Source: Candidatus Firestoneibacteriota bacterium | GTDB lineage: Bacteria; Oederibacteriota; D2-FULL-39-29; JBBTED01 | DNA length: 64,000 nt | NCBI GenBank assembly: GCA_038042445.1 | Contig: JBBTED010000018.1 | Coordinates: 24,081 to 88,080 of the forward strand | Direction of reading: 5' to 3' | Shown here: positions 19,371 through 30,641 of the stretch, piece after piece | Position numbering within the stretch: position 1 is the first letter of the stretch | Layout: each line of letters starts with the position of its first letter | Made by a program: the position numbers and the translations under genes | The notes under the pieces: generated by a model | What the model saw: only the letters and a program-made list of their open reading frames with translations | Told to the model about the DNA's origin: nothing | Databases searched by the model: none

Positions 19371-21519
19371 TTTAATATTTGGCACACATAATCATCAGCC
19401 AGTTGGAAATTTTGACTCAATTTTTGAAGAAGCGTATAGTAGGGCGTATTTGCCATTTATTGAGACTCTTATAAAATTTCCAAGTATAAAGATTACTGCT
19501 CACTATTCTGGAGTATTGCTTTCCTGGATATCAAAAAAACATCCGGATTTTATCGATAAACTCAAAAATTTGGTTAATGCAAACAGAATAGAATTTATTG
19601 GTGGTGGTTTTTATGAACCAATTTTTTCAATAATACCAGATTCAGATAAAATAGGACAAATAAAGATGCTTTCAAGTTTTTTAAAAAACAATCTGAATTA
19701 TTCACCAAAAGGAATGTGGCTTACTGAAAGAATATGGGAGCCACATCTTGCAAAACCGATACAGGAAGCAGGAATTGAATATACAATATTAGATGATTCT
19801 CATTTTAAATCTGCAGGTCTTCCTGCAGATAAGATGTATGGTTATTTTACAACTGAAGAACAATCCTGTTTGCTTAAAATTTTCCCTATAAGTCAGCAAC
19901 TCAGGTATTTTATTCCATTTAGACAACCACAGGAAGTAATAGAATTTTTAAGAAGCATCGCTACAGAATCAGGAAATAATACTGTTGTTATTGTTGATGA
20001 TGGAGAGAAATTTGGGATATGGCCGCATACTTATGAATGGGTATACGAAAAAAAATGGCTGGAAAACTTTTTTTCTGCATTAGAATCAAATAAAGAATGG
20101 TTAATTACTACGACATTTGCTGAAAATATGCAAAATTTTCCACCACTTGGGCGTTTTTATATTCCATGTGGTTCTTATGCAGAAATGATGGAGTGGGCGT
20201 TGCCTGCAGAAACAACTTTAGAATATCAATTATACATGGAAGAACTTAAAAAAACAGGAAAATATGAAAATGTTGGTAAATTTTTTAAAGGTGGATTTTG
20301 GAGAAATTTTCTTGTGAAATATCCAGAAGCTAATAATATACAAAAAAAGATGTTTTATGTTAGTAGTAAAGTGAATAAATTAATAAAAAAAACAAGAAAA
20401 ACATCCCCAAATATGCCTGTATTGGAAAAAGCACAAGATGAATTGTGGAAAGGACAGGCAAGTTGTGCATATTGGCATGGAATATTTGGAGGGATATACC
20501 TCAATCATCTTCGTTATAGTTTATATAATCATTTAATTAATGCAGAAAATTTGATTGATACAATTAACTATGGCAATGTAGATTGGCAAAAAACTGAAGA
20601 AATTGATTTTGATTGCGATGGATTTACCGAAGTTTTGATAAATTCAAACAAGTTAAATATATATGTTGATCCCTTAGATGGTGGGTCAATTTTTGAAATG
20701 GATTGTAAGCCTTATGGATTTAATATTTTAAATACACTTGCAAGGCGAAAAGAAGCTTATCATAAAGATTTATCTTTTGATAAATTGCATACTTCGGCAA
20801 CTTCTTTAACTAATGCTGGCAGTATTCATGATTTGTCACGTACATTTGAAGTAGGATTGGAAAAATTGTTGAAATATGATTGGTATCGTAGAGTGTCTCT
20901 TTTGGACCATTTTTTGGGAAATAATACTAAACTTGAAGATTTTGCTGGATGTAACTACAGTGAGCAGGGCGATTTTATTAATCAGCCTTATAGTTATAAA
21001 ATAACAAAAGCAGATGACAAATTATTATTAGAGTTAGTTCGTGATGGAAACGTATGGGTTTCTGATAGAAAATATCCTGTAAAAATAAAAAAAATAATAC
21101 AGGTTGCAAAAGGTGAATCAAAATTAAAAATTAATTATGAATTAACAAATTTATCCGTAAGTGACATAAATTTATGGTTTGGAGTGGAATTTAATTTGTC
21201 AATGTTGACAGGTGATGCTTCAGATAGGTATTACAAATTTACAAACATAAATATTAAAGATCGAACTATGGGAAGTGTTGGAGAGATAGATTGTGTGAAA
21301 GAATTTAGGGTTGTAGATGGGTGGCATAAATTTGAGATGATATTTGAATTTAATAAAGATATAAAATTATGGCGTTTTCCAATAGAAACAATTTCACAAT
21401 CTGTCGGTAAATTGGAAAAATCTTATCAGAGTTCTGTTATTTTTCCAAACTGGAAATTTAGTCTTAAACCAAATGAAAAGTGGAATGTAGTAATTACTCA
21501 GGAATTCAAAGGATTATAA
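19357..21519 (+). CDS. Glycoside hydrolase family 57 protein (4-alpha-glucanotransferase/amylase-like), 720 aa.
   Basis: The N-terminus is MKKINLIFGTHNHQPVGNF...EEAY, which is the GH57 region-I signature. Confidence 0.85.
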   Translation: MKKINLIFGTHNHQPVGNFDSIFEEAYSRAYLPFIETLIKFPSIKITAHYSGVLLSWISKKHPDFIDKLKNLVNANRIEFIGGGFYEPIFSIIPDSDKIGQIKMLSSFLKNNLNYSPKGMWLTERIWEPHLAKPIQEAGIEYTILDDSHFKSAGLPADKMYGYFTTEEQSCLLKIFPISQQLRYFIPFRQPQEVIEFLRSIATESGNNTVVIVDDGEKFGIWPHTYEWVYEKKWLENFFSALESNKEWLITTTFAENMQNFPPLGRFYIPCGSYAEMMEWALPAETTLEYQLYMEELKKTGKYENVGKFFKGGFWRNFLVKYPEANNIQKKMFYVSSKVNKLIKKTRKTSPNMPVLEKAQDELWKGQASCAYWHGIFGGIYLNHLRYSLYNHLINAENLIDTINYGNVDWQKTEEIDFDCDGFTEVLINSNKLNIYVDPLDGGSIFEMDCKPYGFNILNTLARRKEAYHKDLSFDKLHTSATSLTNAGSIHDLSRTFEVGLEKLLKYDWYRRVSLLDHFLGNNTKLEDFAGCNYSEQGDFINQPYSYKITKADDKLLLELVRDGNVWVSDRKYPVKIKKIIQVAKGESKLKINYELTNLSVSDINLWFGVEFNLSMLTGDASDRYYKFTNINIKDRTMGSVGEIDCVKEFRVVDGWHKFEMIFEFNKDIKLWRFPIETISQSVGKLEKSYQSSVIFPNWKFSLKPNEKWNVVITQEFKGL

Positions 21520-21520
21520 A

Positions 21521-22303
21521 ATGCAAAAAGCAATAATTGTAGGAATTTTAGGTGGGTTATTTAATTTAGAGGGCAGAGCGATTGGTGAGCTAATGTTTTC
21601 TCAGCCATTGGTTGCTGGAACAATAACAGGATGGTTGTTGGGGGATATACATACAGGTTTGATTATTGGTGCAATACTACAGTTGATATGGATAAATATG
21701 CTTCCAGTTGGAGCAAGTATTCCTCCTGATTCATCTTTGGCATCTGTGTTAGGTGTGACATTTGCTATATCTTTACTTTCTAGTCATAAGTTGCCTTCTG
21801 ATATCATAATGGCATATTCAGTGGCATTAGCAATTCCATTGGGTCTTGTTGGTAAATGGATGGATTTTCATTTAAGGGAATTCAATGCGAATTTATCGCA
21901 TAGAGTTTCTATGTATGCATCACAGGGAAATACAGTTGCTATTGATTTAATCACTGGAGCGGCAGTAGTGCTTTCATTTTTTAAGGGGTTTATACTATGT
22001 TTTATTGCAACACTTCTGGCAGATAGAATTTTGTTGGATATATTGGTATCACTGCCGCATCAGATTAAAGATGGATTGAGGTTATCCTGGAAATTTTTTC
22101 CTGCGATAGGAATTGCTGTGATAATAAATATGTTTTGTGTAAAAAAGTTTATTTCATTTTTTATTGGAAGTTACCTATTTGTTGTTATTCTTTTAGCAGT
22201 AGCAGGGTTTAGCAAGATAATTTTATTTTTAATTGTGTTATCTATTGCAATATTGATGGCATTTGAAATGAGAAAATTTCAAAAAGATGGAGAGATTTGC
22301 TAA
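21521..22303 (+). CDS. PTS EIIC component, mannose family.
   Basis: Membrane protein with IIC-Man-like sequence (GILGGLF...GWLLGD). Confidence 0.75.
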   Translation: MQKAIIVGILGGLFNLEGRAIGELMFSQPLVAGTITGWLLGDIHTGLIIGAILQLIWINMLPVGASIPPDSSLASVLGVTFAISLLSSHKLPSDIIMAYSVALAIPLGLVGKWMDFHLREFNANLSHRVSMYASQGNTVAIDLITGAAVVLSFFKGFILCFIATLLADRILLDILVSLPHQIKDGLRLSWKFFPAIGIAVIINMFCVKKFISFFIGSYLFVVILLAVAGFSKIILFLIVLSIAILMAFEMRKFQKDGEIC

Positions 22304-23076
22304 TGAAACTTTCTAGATTCGATTTAATAGTTACAATGTATCGCTCGCTTTTTGTTGAAACTGTTTGGAATTTTGAAAGAATGCAAAGTGTTGGATTTTT
22401 ATATGCGATTATTCCTGCAATAAGGAAACTCTATCCAAATAAAATAAAAAGGATTTCTGCATTAAAGAGACATTTGAAGCCATTTAGTACACATCCATAT
22501 ATGACTGGTATAATTTTGGGGGTTATCCTTAAAAAAGAAGAAGAGATAGCCTGTGGCACAGAGGAAAATACAAAAGTTATTGATGATATTAAATCAAATA
22601 TGATGGGTCCTTTAGCTGCACTTGGGGATTCATTTTTTTGGTCAGCATGGCGTCCTTTAATTGCTCTTTTAGGAACAACGATAACTATGCTTTCTGTGAA
22701 AAATCAATGCAGTATTATCTTGGGTCCTGTAGTTTTTTTAATAATATACAATATTCCTCATTTTTATTTGCGATGTATAGGATTTATAAAAGCGTATAAC
22801 AGTGGTTTGGGGATAATATCAACCATAAGAAATTTGAATATTCAAAAACTTGTGGAAAGATTATATCTTATTGGTGCAATTATGGCAGGATGTGTTATTG
22901 CATTGCTTTTTTCATGGGATAAATTTAAACTTTTAGACATAGAATTTATTAGGAATATATTTTTTTTTAGCGTTATTCTTTTGCTAACAGTTGCGTTAAA
23001 GTTCCAAATAACAGCAACAAAGCTTTTATATATAATAATAATAATATGCACAATTAGCGTATATTTTGGATTTTAA
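22297..23076 (+). CDS. PTS EIID component, mannose family.
   Basis: Its N-terminus is IID-Man-like (LFVETVWNFERMQSVGFLYAI). Confidence 0.75.
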   Translation: MLMKLSRFDLIVTMYRSLFVETVWNFERMQSVGFLYAIIPAIRKLYPNKIKRISALKRHLKPFSTHPYMTGIILGVILKKEEEIACGTEENTKVIDDIKSNMMGPLAALGDSFFWSAWRPLIALLGTTITMLSVKNQCSIILGPVVFLIIYNIPHFYLRCIGFIKAYNSGLGIISTIRNLNIQKLVERLYLIGAIMAGCVIALLFSWDKFKLLDIEFIRNIFFFSVILLLTVALKFQITATKLLYIIIIICTISVYFGF

Positions 23077-23103
23077 TAAATATGATAATGATAAAAAAAT
23101 ATT

Positions 23104-23391
23104 ATGACAACTAAAGCTAATTATTTAGAGAAAGAAGTTGAGATAGCAAATAAACTTGGATTGCATTTGCGTGCTGCTGCACTTTTTGTTAAACTTGCAA
23201 ATCAGTATAAAAGTGAAGTATTTGTGAAAAAAGGCGTCCAGCAGGTAGATGGTAAGTCTATAATGGGGATAATGACTTTAGCAGCTCCGTTTGGTTCTAA
23301 AATAAAAATAATGTCAAAAGGGTCAGATGCAAACGAAATGCTTAATGCTTTGGAAAAACTTATAAAAATTAAATTTGGAGAAAAAGAATAA
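23104..23391 (+). CDS. ptsH: Phosphocarrier protein HPr.
   Basis: It has GLHLRAAA (His15 region) and GKSIMG (Ser46 region), and is 95 aa long. Confidence 0.85.
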   Translation: MTTKANYLEKEVEIANKLGLHLRAAALFVKLANQYKSEVFVKKGVQQVDGKSIMGIMTLAAPFGSKIKIMSKGSDANEMLNALEKLIKIKFGEKE

Positions 23392-23425
23392 TGGCAAGGA
23401 TTTCTATGAAATGGCAGGAATTATT

Positions 23426-25180
23426 ATGAATGAATCAAATACTTTAAAGGGTATTTCTGCATCTGCCGGGATAGTTATAGGGAAAGCTTTTATATATAGT
23501 CCGGAAGATATTGTTATTTCTAAATATTCAATAGATATATCTGATGTAAAAAATGAAATTACCAGATTTCAAATTGCTTTAAAAAAAACCAGGCAGGAAA
23601 TAATAGTATTAAAAGACAAGCTTGGTAAAGAAATAGGGAAAGTGCACGCTAATATTTTTACAGCGCATCTATTAATACTTGATGATCCTATGCTTACTGC
23701 TGATACAATAAACGAAGTAAAAAAATCAAAATTCAATATTGAACACGTATTTTCTCAATCTTTGGCAAAGCTTACTCAAATGATAGAGTCTGTAGACGAC
23801 CCATATTTTAAAGAACGTGGAAATGACATAAAAGATGTAGGCAGACGTGTCCTAAAAAATCTTGTTGGTAAAAACAGAGAAACATTGGTTGATCTTAAAG
23901 AAGAAGTCATAGTTTTTGCAAAAGATCTTTCACCTTCGGATACTGCAACTATGCACAAAGAAAAAGTTATAGGTTTTGCAACTGATATTGGCGGCAAAAC
24001 TTCACATACTGCAATAATGGCACGTGCATTGCAAATTCCGGCAGTTGTGGGTTTAGGTAATGTTACTGAGAAAGTAACAGAGGGTGATATTGTAATAGTT
24101 GATGGCAATAGGGGTATAATTTTAATAAATCCAGATGAAGAAACTATTAAAAAATATTCTATTGAGCTGGAAAAATTTATTGCATTTGAACGTGAACTTG
24201 CAAATTTAAAAGATTTAAAAGCACAGACAAAAGATGATTATCTAATAAAGATTAATGCAAATATTGAAATTCCGGAAGAAATTCCACTTGTTCATAAACA
24301 TGGAGCAGAGGGCATAGGATTATATAGAACAGAATTTTTGTATTTAAACAAGCCAAATCTTCCGAGTGAGGAAGAACAGTTTAATGCGTATAGATTTGTA
24401 GTTGAGGAAATGGCACCAAAACCAGTTATATTGCGAACTCTTGATGTTGGTGGCGATAAATTTTTATCACATTTAAATCTTGCCAAAGAGATGAATCCAT
24501 TTTTAGGATTAAGAGCAATCAGACTTTGCTTGGCGCATCCTGATATATTTAGAGTGCAATTACGTGCAATATTGCGCGCAAGTGCTTATGGTAAATTAAA
24601 AATAATGTTTCCAATGATATCAAGTGTAGAAGAATTAAAGAAAGCAAAAGAATTTTTGGAAGAGGCAAAGAAGGAATTAAAGACAGATGGTTTTGCTTTT
24701 GACGAGAATATTGAGGTAGGTGTAATGATAGAAGTTCCATCAGCAGTTTTGATTGCTGATATATTAGCAAAAGAAGTTAGTTTTTTCAGTATTGGAACTA
24801 ATGATTTAATTCAATATACTTTGGCAATTGATAGGATAAATGAAAATATTGCACATTTATACAATCCTTTACATCCTGCAATTTTACGTTCTATAAAATT
24901 AATCATTGATGCAGCGCATAAAGCAAATATAGTAGTTGGAATGTGTGGAGAAATGGCAGGAGATTCTATATATACTTCAATATTACTTGGATTAGGGTTG
25001 GATAGCTTAAGTATGTCTCCTATTGCTATTCCAGAGGTGAAAAAGATAATTCGTTCTACGACGTTAAGAGAAGCAAAAGATTATGTTGGTAAAATATTTG
25101 CAATGTCAACAGCAGATGAAGTAAAAAAATTTGTTAATAGTAGCATTACAAAAAGGTATACAGTTGTTAAAGAATTTTGA
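23426..25180 (+). CDS. ptsI: PEP-protein phosphotransferase, Enzyme I.
   Basis: The N-terminus LKGISASAGIVIGKA, the catalytic-His region GGKTSHTAIMARAL, and the PEP-utilizing C-terminal domain are all present. The start is assigned to the ATG at 23426, which follows a GGA ribosome-binding site. The track's 23375 start overlaps HPr. Confidence 0.85.
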   Translation: MNESNTLKGISASAGIVIGKAFIYSPEDIVISKYSIDISDVKNEITRFQIALKKTRQEIIVLKDKLGKEIGKVHANIFTAHLLILDDPMLTADTINEVKKSKFNIEHVFSQSLAKLTQMIESVDDPYFKERGNDIKDVGRRVLKNLVGKNRETLVDLKEEVIVFAKDLSPSDTATMHKEKVIGFATDIGGKTSHTAIMARALQIPAVVGLGNVTEKVTEGDIVIVDGNRGIILINPDEETIKKYSIELEKFIAFERELANLKDLKAQTKDDYLIKINANIEIPEEIPLVHKHGAEGIGLYRTEFLYLNKPNLPSEEEQFNAYRFVVEEMAPKPVILRTLDVGGDKFLSHLNLAKEMNPFLGLRAIRLCLAHPDIFRVQLRAILRASAYGKLKIMFPMISSVEELKKAKEFLEEAKKELKTDGFAFDENIEVGVMIEVPSAVLIADILAKEVSFFSIGTNDLIQYTLAIDRINENIAHLYNPLHPAILRSIKLIIDAAHKANIVVGMCGEMAGDSIYTSILLGLGLDSLSMSPIAIPEVKKIIRSTTLREAKDYVGKIFAMSTADEVKKFVNSSITKRYTVVKEF

Positions 25181-25207
25181 TGATAGTGAATATAAAGGAG
25201 GGTAAAA

Positions 25208-26263
25208 ATGGTTTTGAATGTTGAAGAAATTAGGAAAATAGATAAAAAAAATATGTTGAAACTGCTTATGGATTTTCCAGAGCAATGTGAATATGCTTAT
25301 AAGTTGGCATGTGATTTCAAGTTGCCCAAAAAATTAAGCAGGATATCTTCTGTTATTGTTACAGGGCTCGGTGGTTCAGCAATAGGTGGAGATTTGTTAA
25401 AAGCATATTTAAATTCTGAAACTAAAATACCAATTGTAGTTAACAGAAATTATATATTACCGTCATGGGTTAATAAAAACACACTTATATTTGCAGTGAG
25501 TTATTCCGGAAATACTGAGGAGACTATTAGTGCCTATAAAGCTGCAAGAAAAATCGGAGCAAAAATTATATGTATTACAACAGGGGGAGAGTTGTCTGAA
25601 TTATCCAAGAAAGATAATGTTCCAACGGTTTTTATTCCAACAGGGTATCCGCCAAGAACTGCTTTAGGATATTTATTCCTGCCTATATTAGTTTTGATGA
25701 ACAAGTTAGGATTAATTGATAATAAAAGAAAAGAAATTCAAGATATGATTTTTCTATTGCGAAAGCTAACAAAACAATATGCGCCAGATGTTTCAATAAA
25801 TTCAAATTTTGCAAAGAAAATAGCTACAAAATTACATAATAAACCAGTAGTAGTTTATGGAGTATCAGATTGGACAGAAGCTGTTGCTTTGCGTTGGAAA
25901 GGACAATTAACTGAAAATGGCAAGGTACTTGCTTTTGTTAGTTTATTGCCAGAAATGAATCATAATGAAGTAGTAGGGTGGGATATTTTAAAAGACAAAT
26001 TGAAAAATTTTGCAGCTATATTTTTAAGAGATGATTCAGATTTATCAAGAATAAAAAAGAGAATAGAGATAACAAAATCAATAATAACAAAAAGAGCAGG
26101 TTGTGTTCAAGAAGTGTATTCATCGGGAGGTAATTTGCTGTCTAGATTAATGTCTTTAATCTGTTTAGGTGACTTCGTAAGTATTTATGTTGCCATCTTA
26201 AATAAAGTTGATCCTACACCTGTTGCAGTTATTGATTATCTTAAAAAGCAATTAAAGAAGTGA
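25208..26263 (+). CDS. Bifunctional phosphoglucose/phosphomannose isomerase (SIS domain).
   Basis: It has SIS motifs (GLGGSAIGGDL, SYSGNTEET) and its ~350-aa length is typical of the PGI/PMI family. Confidence 0.7.
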   Translation: MVLNVEEIRKIDKKNMLKLLMDFPEQCEYAYKLACDFKLPKKLSRISSVIVTGLGGSAIGGDLLKAYLNSETKIPIVVNRNYILPSWVNKNTLIFAVSYSGNTEETISAYKAARKIGAKIICITTGGELSELSKKDNVPTVFIPTGYPPRTALGYLFLPILVLMNKLGLIDNKRKEIQDMIFLLRKLTKQYAPDVSINSNFAKKIATKLHNKPVVVYGVSDWTEAVALRWKGQLTENGKVLAFVSLLPEMNHNEVVGWDILKDKLKNFAAIFLRDDSDLSRIKKRIEITKSIITKRAGCVQEVYSSGGNLLSRLMSLICLGDFVSIYVAILNKVDPTPVAVIDYLKKQLKK

Positions 26264-27027
26264 ATTCTGTGCTGAAAAAAATTGACATTTTAGATGTCAA
26301 AGTGGATAATGTTGTTTTAAATGATGTAATAGATGTAATAAAAAAGTCTATAAAAGAAAAAAAATTTTGTAATATAGTATCAATTAATGCATTAACAGGT
26401 ATTCAGGCAAAAAGAGATAAAGAATTTAAGAAAATAATGAATACTGCAAATTTAGTTTTGGCTGATGGTATGGGAATAATATTAGCATCTAAGTTACTTG
26501 GTAAATCTTTGAAAGAAAGAATTGCCGGTATAGATTTGATTCCACGTTTATGTAAATTTTCAGAAGAAAATGGGAGTTCTATTTTCTTTTTTGGATCTTT
26601 GCCTGGAATAGTAGAAGATGCAATTTTAAAACTTAAGCAAAAATTTCCTAAAATGAATGTTTCTGGTGTTCAAAATGGATATTTTGATAAAAATATGGAA
26701 GGTGAAATAATTAATAGAATTAATTCTTCTGCTACAGATATTCTATTGGTTGGATTAGGTCAGCCAAGGCAGGAGAAGTGGATATATAATAATAGAGATA
26801 AAATAAATTCTGTATGTATTGGTGTTGGCGGGAGTTTTGATGTGATTTCTGGTAGGGTTTCGCGGGCTCCTAAAATTTTACAAGAGCTTGGTTTAGAATG
26901 GTTGTATCGTTTAATCTTGCAACCGTATAGATTTAAACGTATATTATGGTTGCCATATTTTATATGGCTGGTATTAGTTGAGTTTTTAAACGCAAAATGG
27001 AAATCGAAAAACGTAAAACTAATGTAA
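26260..27027 (+). CDS. WecB/TagA/CpsF-family (GT26) glycosyltransferase.
   Basis: It has conserved GT26 blocks (ADGMGI, LVGLGQPRQE, WLYRL). Confidence 0.75.
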   Translation: MNSVLKKIDILDVKVDNVVLNDVIDVIKKSIKEKKFCNIVSINALTGIQAKRDKEFKKIMNTANLVLADGMGIILASKLLGKSLKERIAGIDLIPRLCKFSEENGSSIFFFGSLPGIVEDAILKLKQKFPKMNVSGVQNGYFDKNMEGEIINRINSSATDILLVGLGQPRQEKWIYNNRDKINSVCIGVGGSFDVISGRVSRAPKILQELGLEWLYRLILQPYRFKRILWLPYFIWLVLVEFLNAKWKSKNVKLM

Positions 27028-27061
27028 GTTTTTAGTTTAATATAATTAAGGAGGATTAAAA

Positions 27062-28213
27062 ATGAGGAAGGATAAAAATTTTATTTTTACTTCTGAATCT
27101 GTAACAGAAGGACATCCAGATAAAGTTTGCGATCAAATTTCAGATGCAATACTGGATGCTATAATGAAAGATGATCCAATGGGGCGTGTGGCTTGCGAAA
27201 CATTGGTGACTACTGGTTTGGCAATGGTGGCTGGTGAAATTACCACGAGTTGTTATGTTGATATGCCTAAAGTTGTACGTGATACAATAAAAGAGATTGG
27301 TTATTCAGATGCGAAAATGGGTTTTGATTGGGAGACTTGTGCTGTAGTTACCGCAATACAAGAGCAATCTCCTGATATTTCTATGGGTGTTGATAAAGAA
27401 GGAGCTGGAGATCAAGGAATGATGTTTGGATATGCAGTAAATGATACTCCTGAACTTATGCCAATGCCAATAATGTTAGCACATAAATTAGTGAGGCGTC
27501 TTACTGAATTGCGTAAGAAGAATATATTAAAATATTTACGTCCAGATGGAAAATCTCAAGTTACAGTAGAATATGAAAAGGGAAGGCCTAAAAGAGTAGA
27601 TGCTGTTGTAATTGCAGCGCAGCACAATCCAAATGTTAAATATTCTACCTTAAAAAAAGACATTTTCGAAAAAGTTATAAAGACTATAATTCCTGCAAAA
27701 CTATTAGATAAAGGAACAAAAATTTTTGTTAATCCTACAGGTAAATTTGTAACTGGTGGTCCTCAAGGAGATACAGGGGTTACTGGAAGAAAAATAATTG
27801 TAGATACTTATGGTGGAATGGGAAGACATGGAGGTGGATGTTTTTCCGGGAAAGATTCTACTAAAGTTGATCGCTCTGCTTGTTATATGGCAAGGTATAT
27901 AGCAAAAAATATTGTTGCTGCAGGTCTTGCTGATGAATGTGAATTGCAGGTTTCTTATGCAATAGGAGTAGCTGAACCAACTTCAGTTATGGTTAATACT
28001 TTTGGCACAGGAAAAGCTGCGGAAGAAAAATTGATAAATCTTGTCCGAAAACATTTTCCACTTACTCCACGTGGTATAATTGATCATTTAAAATTGCGTA
28101 GACCAATATTTAGAAACACAGCTGCGTATGGTCATTTTGGAAGAACTGAACAAGAATTTACATGGGAATGGACAGATAAAGCAAAAATACTTAAAGAAGA
28201 AATAGAGGGATAG
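27062..28213 (+). CDS. metK: S-adenosylmethionine synthetase.
   Basis: It has [23 protein letters not shown] and GGGAFSGKD-like motifs. Confidence 0.9.
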   Translation: MRKDKNFIFTSESVTEGHPDKVCDQISDAILDAIMKDDPMGRVACETLVTTGLAMVAGEITTSCYVDMPKVVRDTIKEIGYSDAKMGFDWETCAVVTAIQEQSPDISMGVDKEGAGDQGMMFGYAVNDTPELMPMPIMLAHKLVRRLTELRKKNILKYLRPDGKSQVTVEYEKGRPKRVDAVVIAAQHNPNVKYSTLKKDIFEKVIKTIIPAKLLDKGTKIFVNPTGKFVTGGPQGDTGVTGRKIIVDTYGGMGRHGGGCFSGKDSTKVDRSACYMARYIAKNIVAAGLADECELQVSYAIGVAEPTSVMVNTFGTGKAAEEKLINLVRKHFPLTPRGIIDHLKLRRPIFRNTAAYGHFGRTEQEFTWEWTDKAKILKEEIEG

Positions 28214-28219
28214 TGAAAT

Positions 28220-28238
28220 CCCCCTTTTGCAAAGGGGG
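28220..28238. terminator. C5/G5 hairpin (CCCCCTTTTGCAAAGGGGG) between metK and ahcY.
   Basis: It has a perfect 8-bp stem. Nearly identical copies are at 34425 and 44408. Confidence 0.4.
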
Positions 28239-28261
28239 AATAAGAGAAAATAGGAGAATAA

Positions 28262-29521
<1,260 letters not shown>

Positions 29522-29562
29522 GCTAAGTGTAAAGTAATTCCTCAGTTATAGGTATTTGGTAG

Positions 29563-29615
29563 ACGCCCGGCCTATGCGGGCGTGAAATACCGCAGGCTGA
29601 AGCCTGCGACTACCA
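29563..29615. repeat. Two tandem GC-rich hairpins: ACGCCCG-N7-CGGGCGT, then the element CCGCAGGCTGAAGCCTGCGACTACCA. The second is a member of a small dispersed palindromic repeat family.
   Basis: It lies downstream of ahcY and is read directly from the sequence. Two further copies of the second element are at 61277-61363. Confidence 0.6.
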
Positions 29616-29687
29616 CTAGTAAGGACATACATTAGCTGCAATTTTAGGCTTTACATATTTAATTTTTTATATATAATATTAAATATA

Positions 29688-29726
29688 TGGTATATAGCAT
29701 ACGTTATATACCATAGCTAAAAACTT
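29688..29726 (+). promoter_or_regulatory. A palindrome GGTATATA-N8-TATATACC followed by the 17-mer TATACCATAGCTAAAAA, upstream of the ABC permease operon.
   Basis: The 17-mer is identical to one at 17899-17915, upstream of the PTS operon. Confidence 0.4.
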
Positions 29727-30641
29727 ATGATTTCAAAAAAATTACGACAGAATTTAATTGGGTTTTCTTTTTTAGCACCCAACATGTTAGGTTTTTTTAC
29801 ATTTACCTTCCTTCCTGTTTTGGCTTCTCTTATGTTATGTTTTACTGATTGGGATATACTTACAGAGATAAGATATATAGGATTTTCTAATTTTATAAAT
29901 TTACTTGGTTTTCATCGTGATATAGTTGCTAATACATTAGTAGCAAATGATCCGTTGTTTTGGAAATATTTAGGGAATACTCTTTTCTTTGTTTTAGGTA
30001 TACCTATAGGGATGACAGTTTCTCTTGCTTTAGCTTTGTTTATGAATCAAAAACTTAAAGGTATAATAGTATTTAGAACAATTTATTTTTTACCTGTTAT
30101 ATCATCACTGATTGCGTGTGCTTTGGTATGGAGGTGGATATACAATCCTGATTTTGGTTTGTTGAATAGTTTTTTAGCGAAATTTGGAATTAGAGGTCCT
30201 GATTGGCTTTCAAGTACTGTATGGGCAAAACCTGCTTTGATGATGATGGGGATATGGAAAGGCGCAGGTTATAATATGCTTTTATATCTTGCAGGTCTTC
30301 AAGGGGTTCCTGAAGAATTTTATGAAGCTTCATATATAGATGGAGCCAGTGAAAGGCAGCAATTTTTTTACATTACTTTTCCCATGCTTGCACCTGTCCA
30401 CTTTTTTATAATAATAATGGGAATGATAGGAACTCTACAAATTTTTGGTGAAGCTTTTGTGATGACAGGTGGTGGTCCAGCTGGGGCTACAACTACAATT
30501 GCATACTATATATATAATAATGCATTTCAATGGTTTAAAATGGGTTACGCAACTACAATTGCATGGGTTTTGTTCTTTTTAGCTTTTAGTGTAACTATGT
30601 TTCAATGGAAATTTTTAGGTAAAAAGGTACACTATCAATGA
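29727..30641 (+). CDS. ABC transporter permease (MalF/UgpA-like, carbohydrate type).
   Basis: It has six TMs and an EAA-loop-like region. Confidence 0.75.
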   Translation: MISKKLRQNLIGFSFLAPNMLGFFTFTFLPVLASLMLCFTDWDILTEIRYIGFSNFINLLGFHRDIVANTLVANDPLFWKYLGNTLFFVLGIPIGMTVSLALALFMNQKLKGIIVFRTIYFLPVISSLIACALVWRWIYNPDFGLLNSFLAKFGIRGPDWLSSTVWAKPALMMMGIWKGAGYNMLLYLAGLQGVPEEFYEASYIDGASERQQFFYITFPMLAPVHFFIIIMGMIGTLQIFGEAFVMTGGGPAGATTTIAYYIYNNAFQWFKMGYATTIAWVLFFLAFSVTMFQWKFLGKKVHYQ

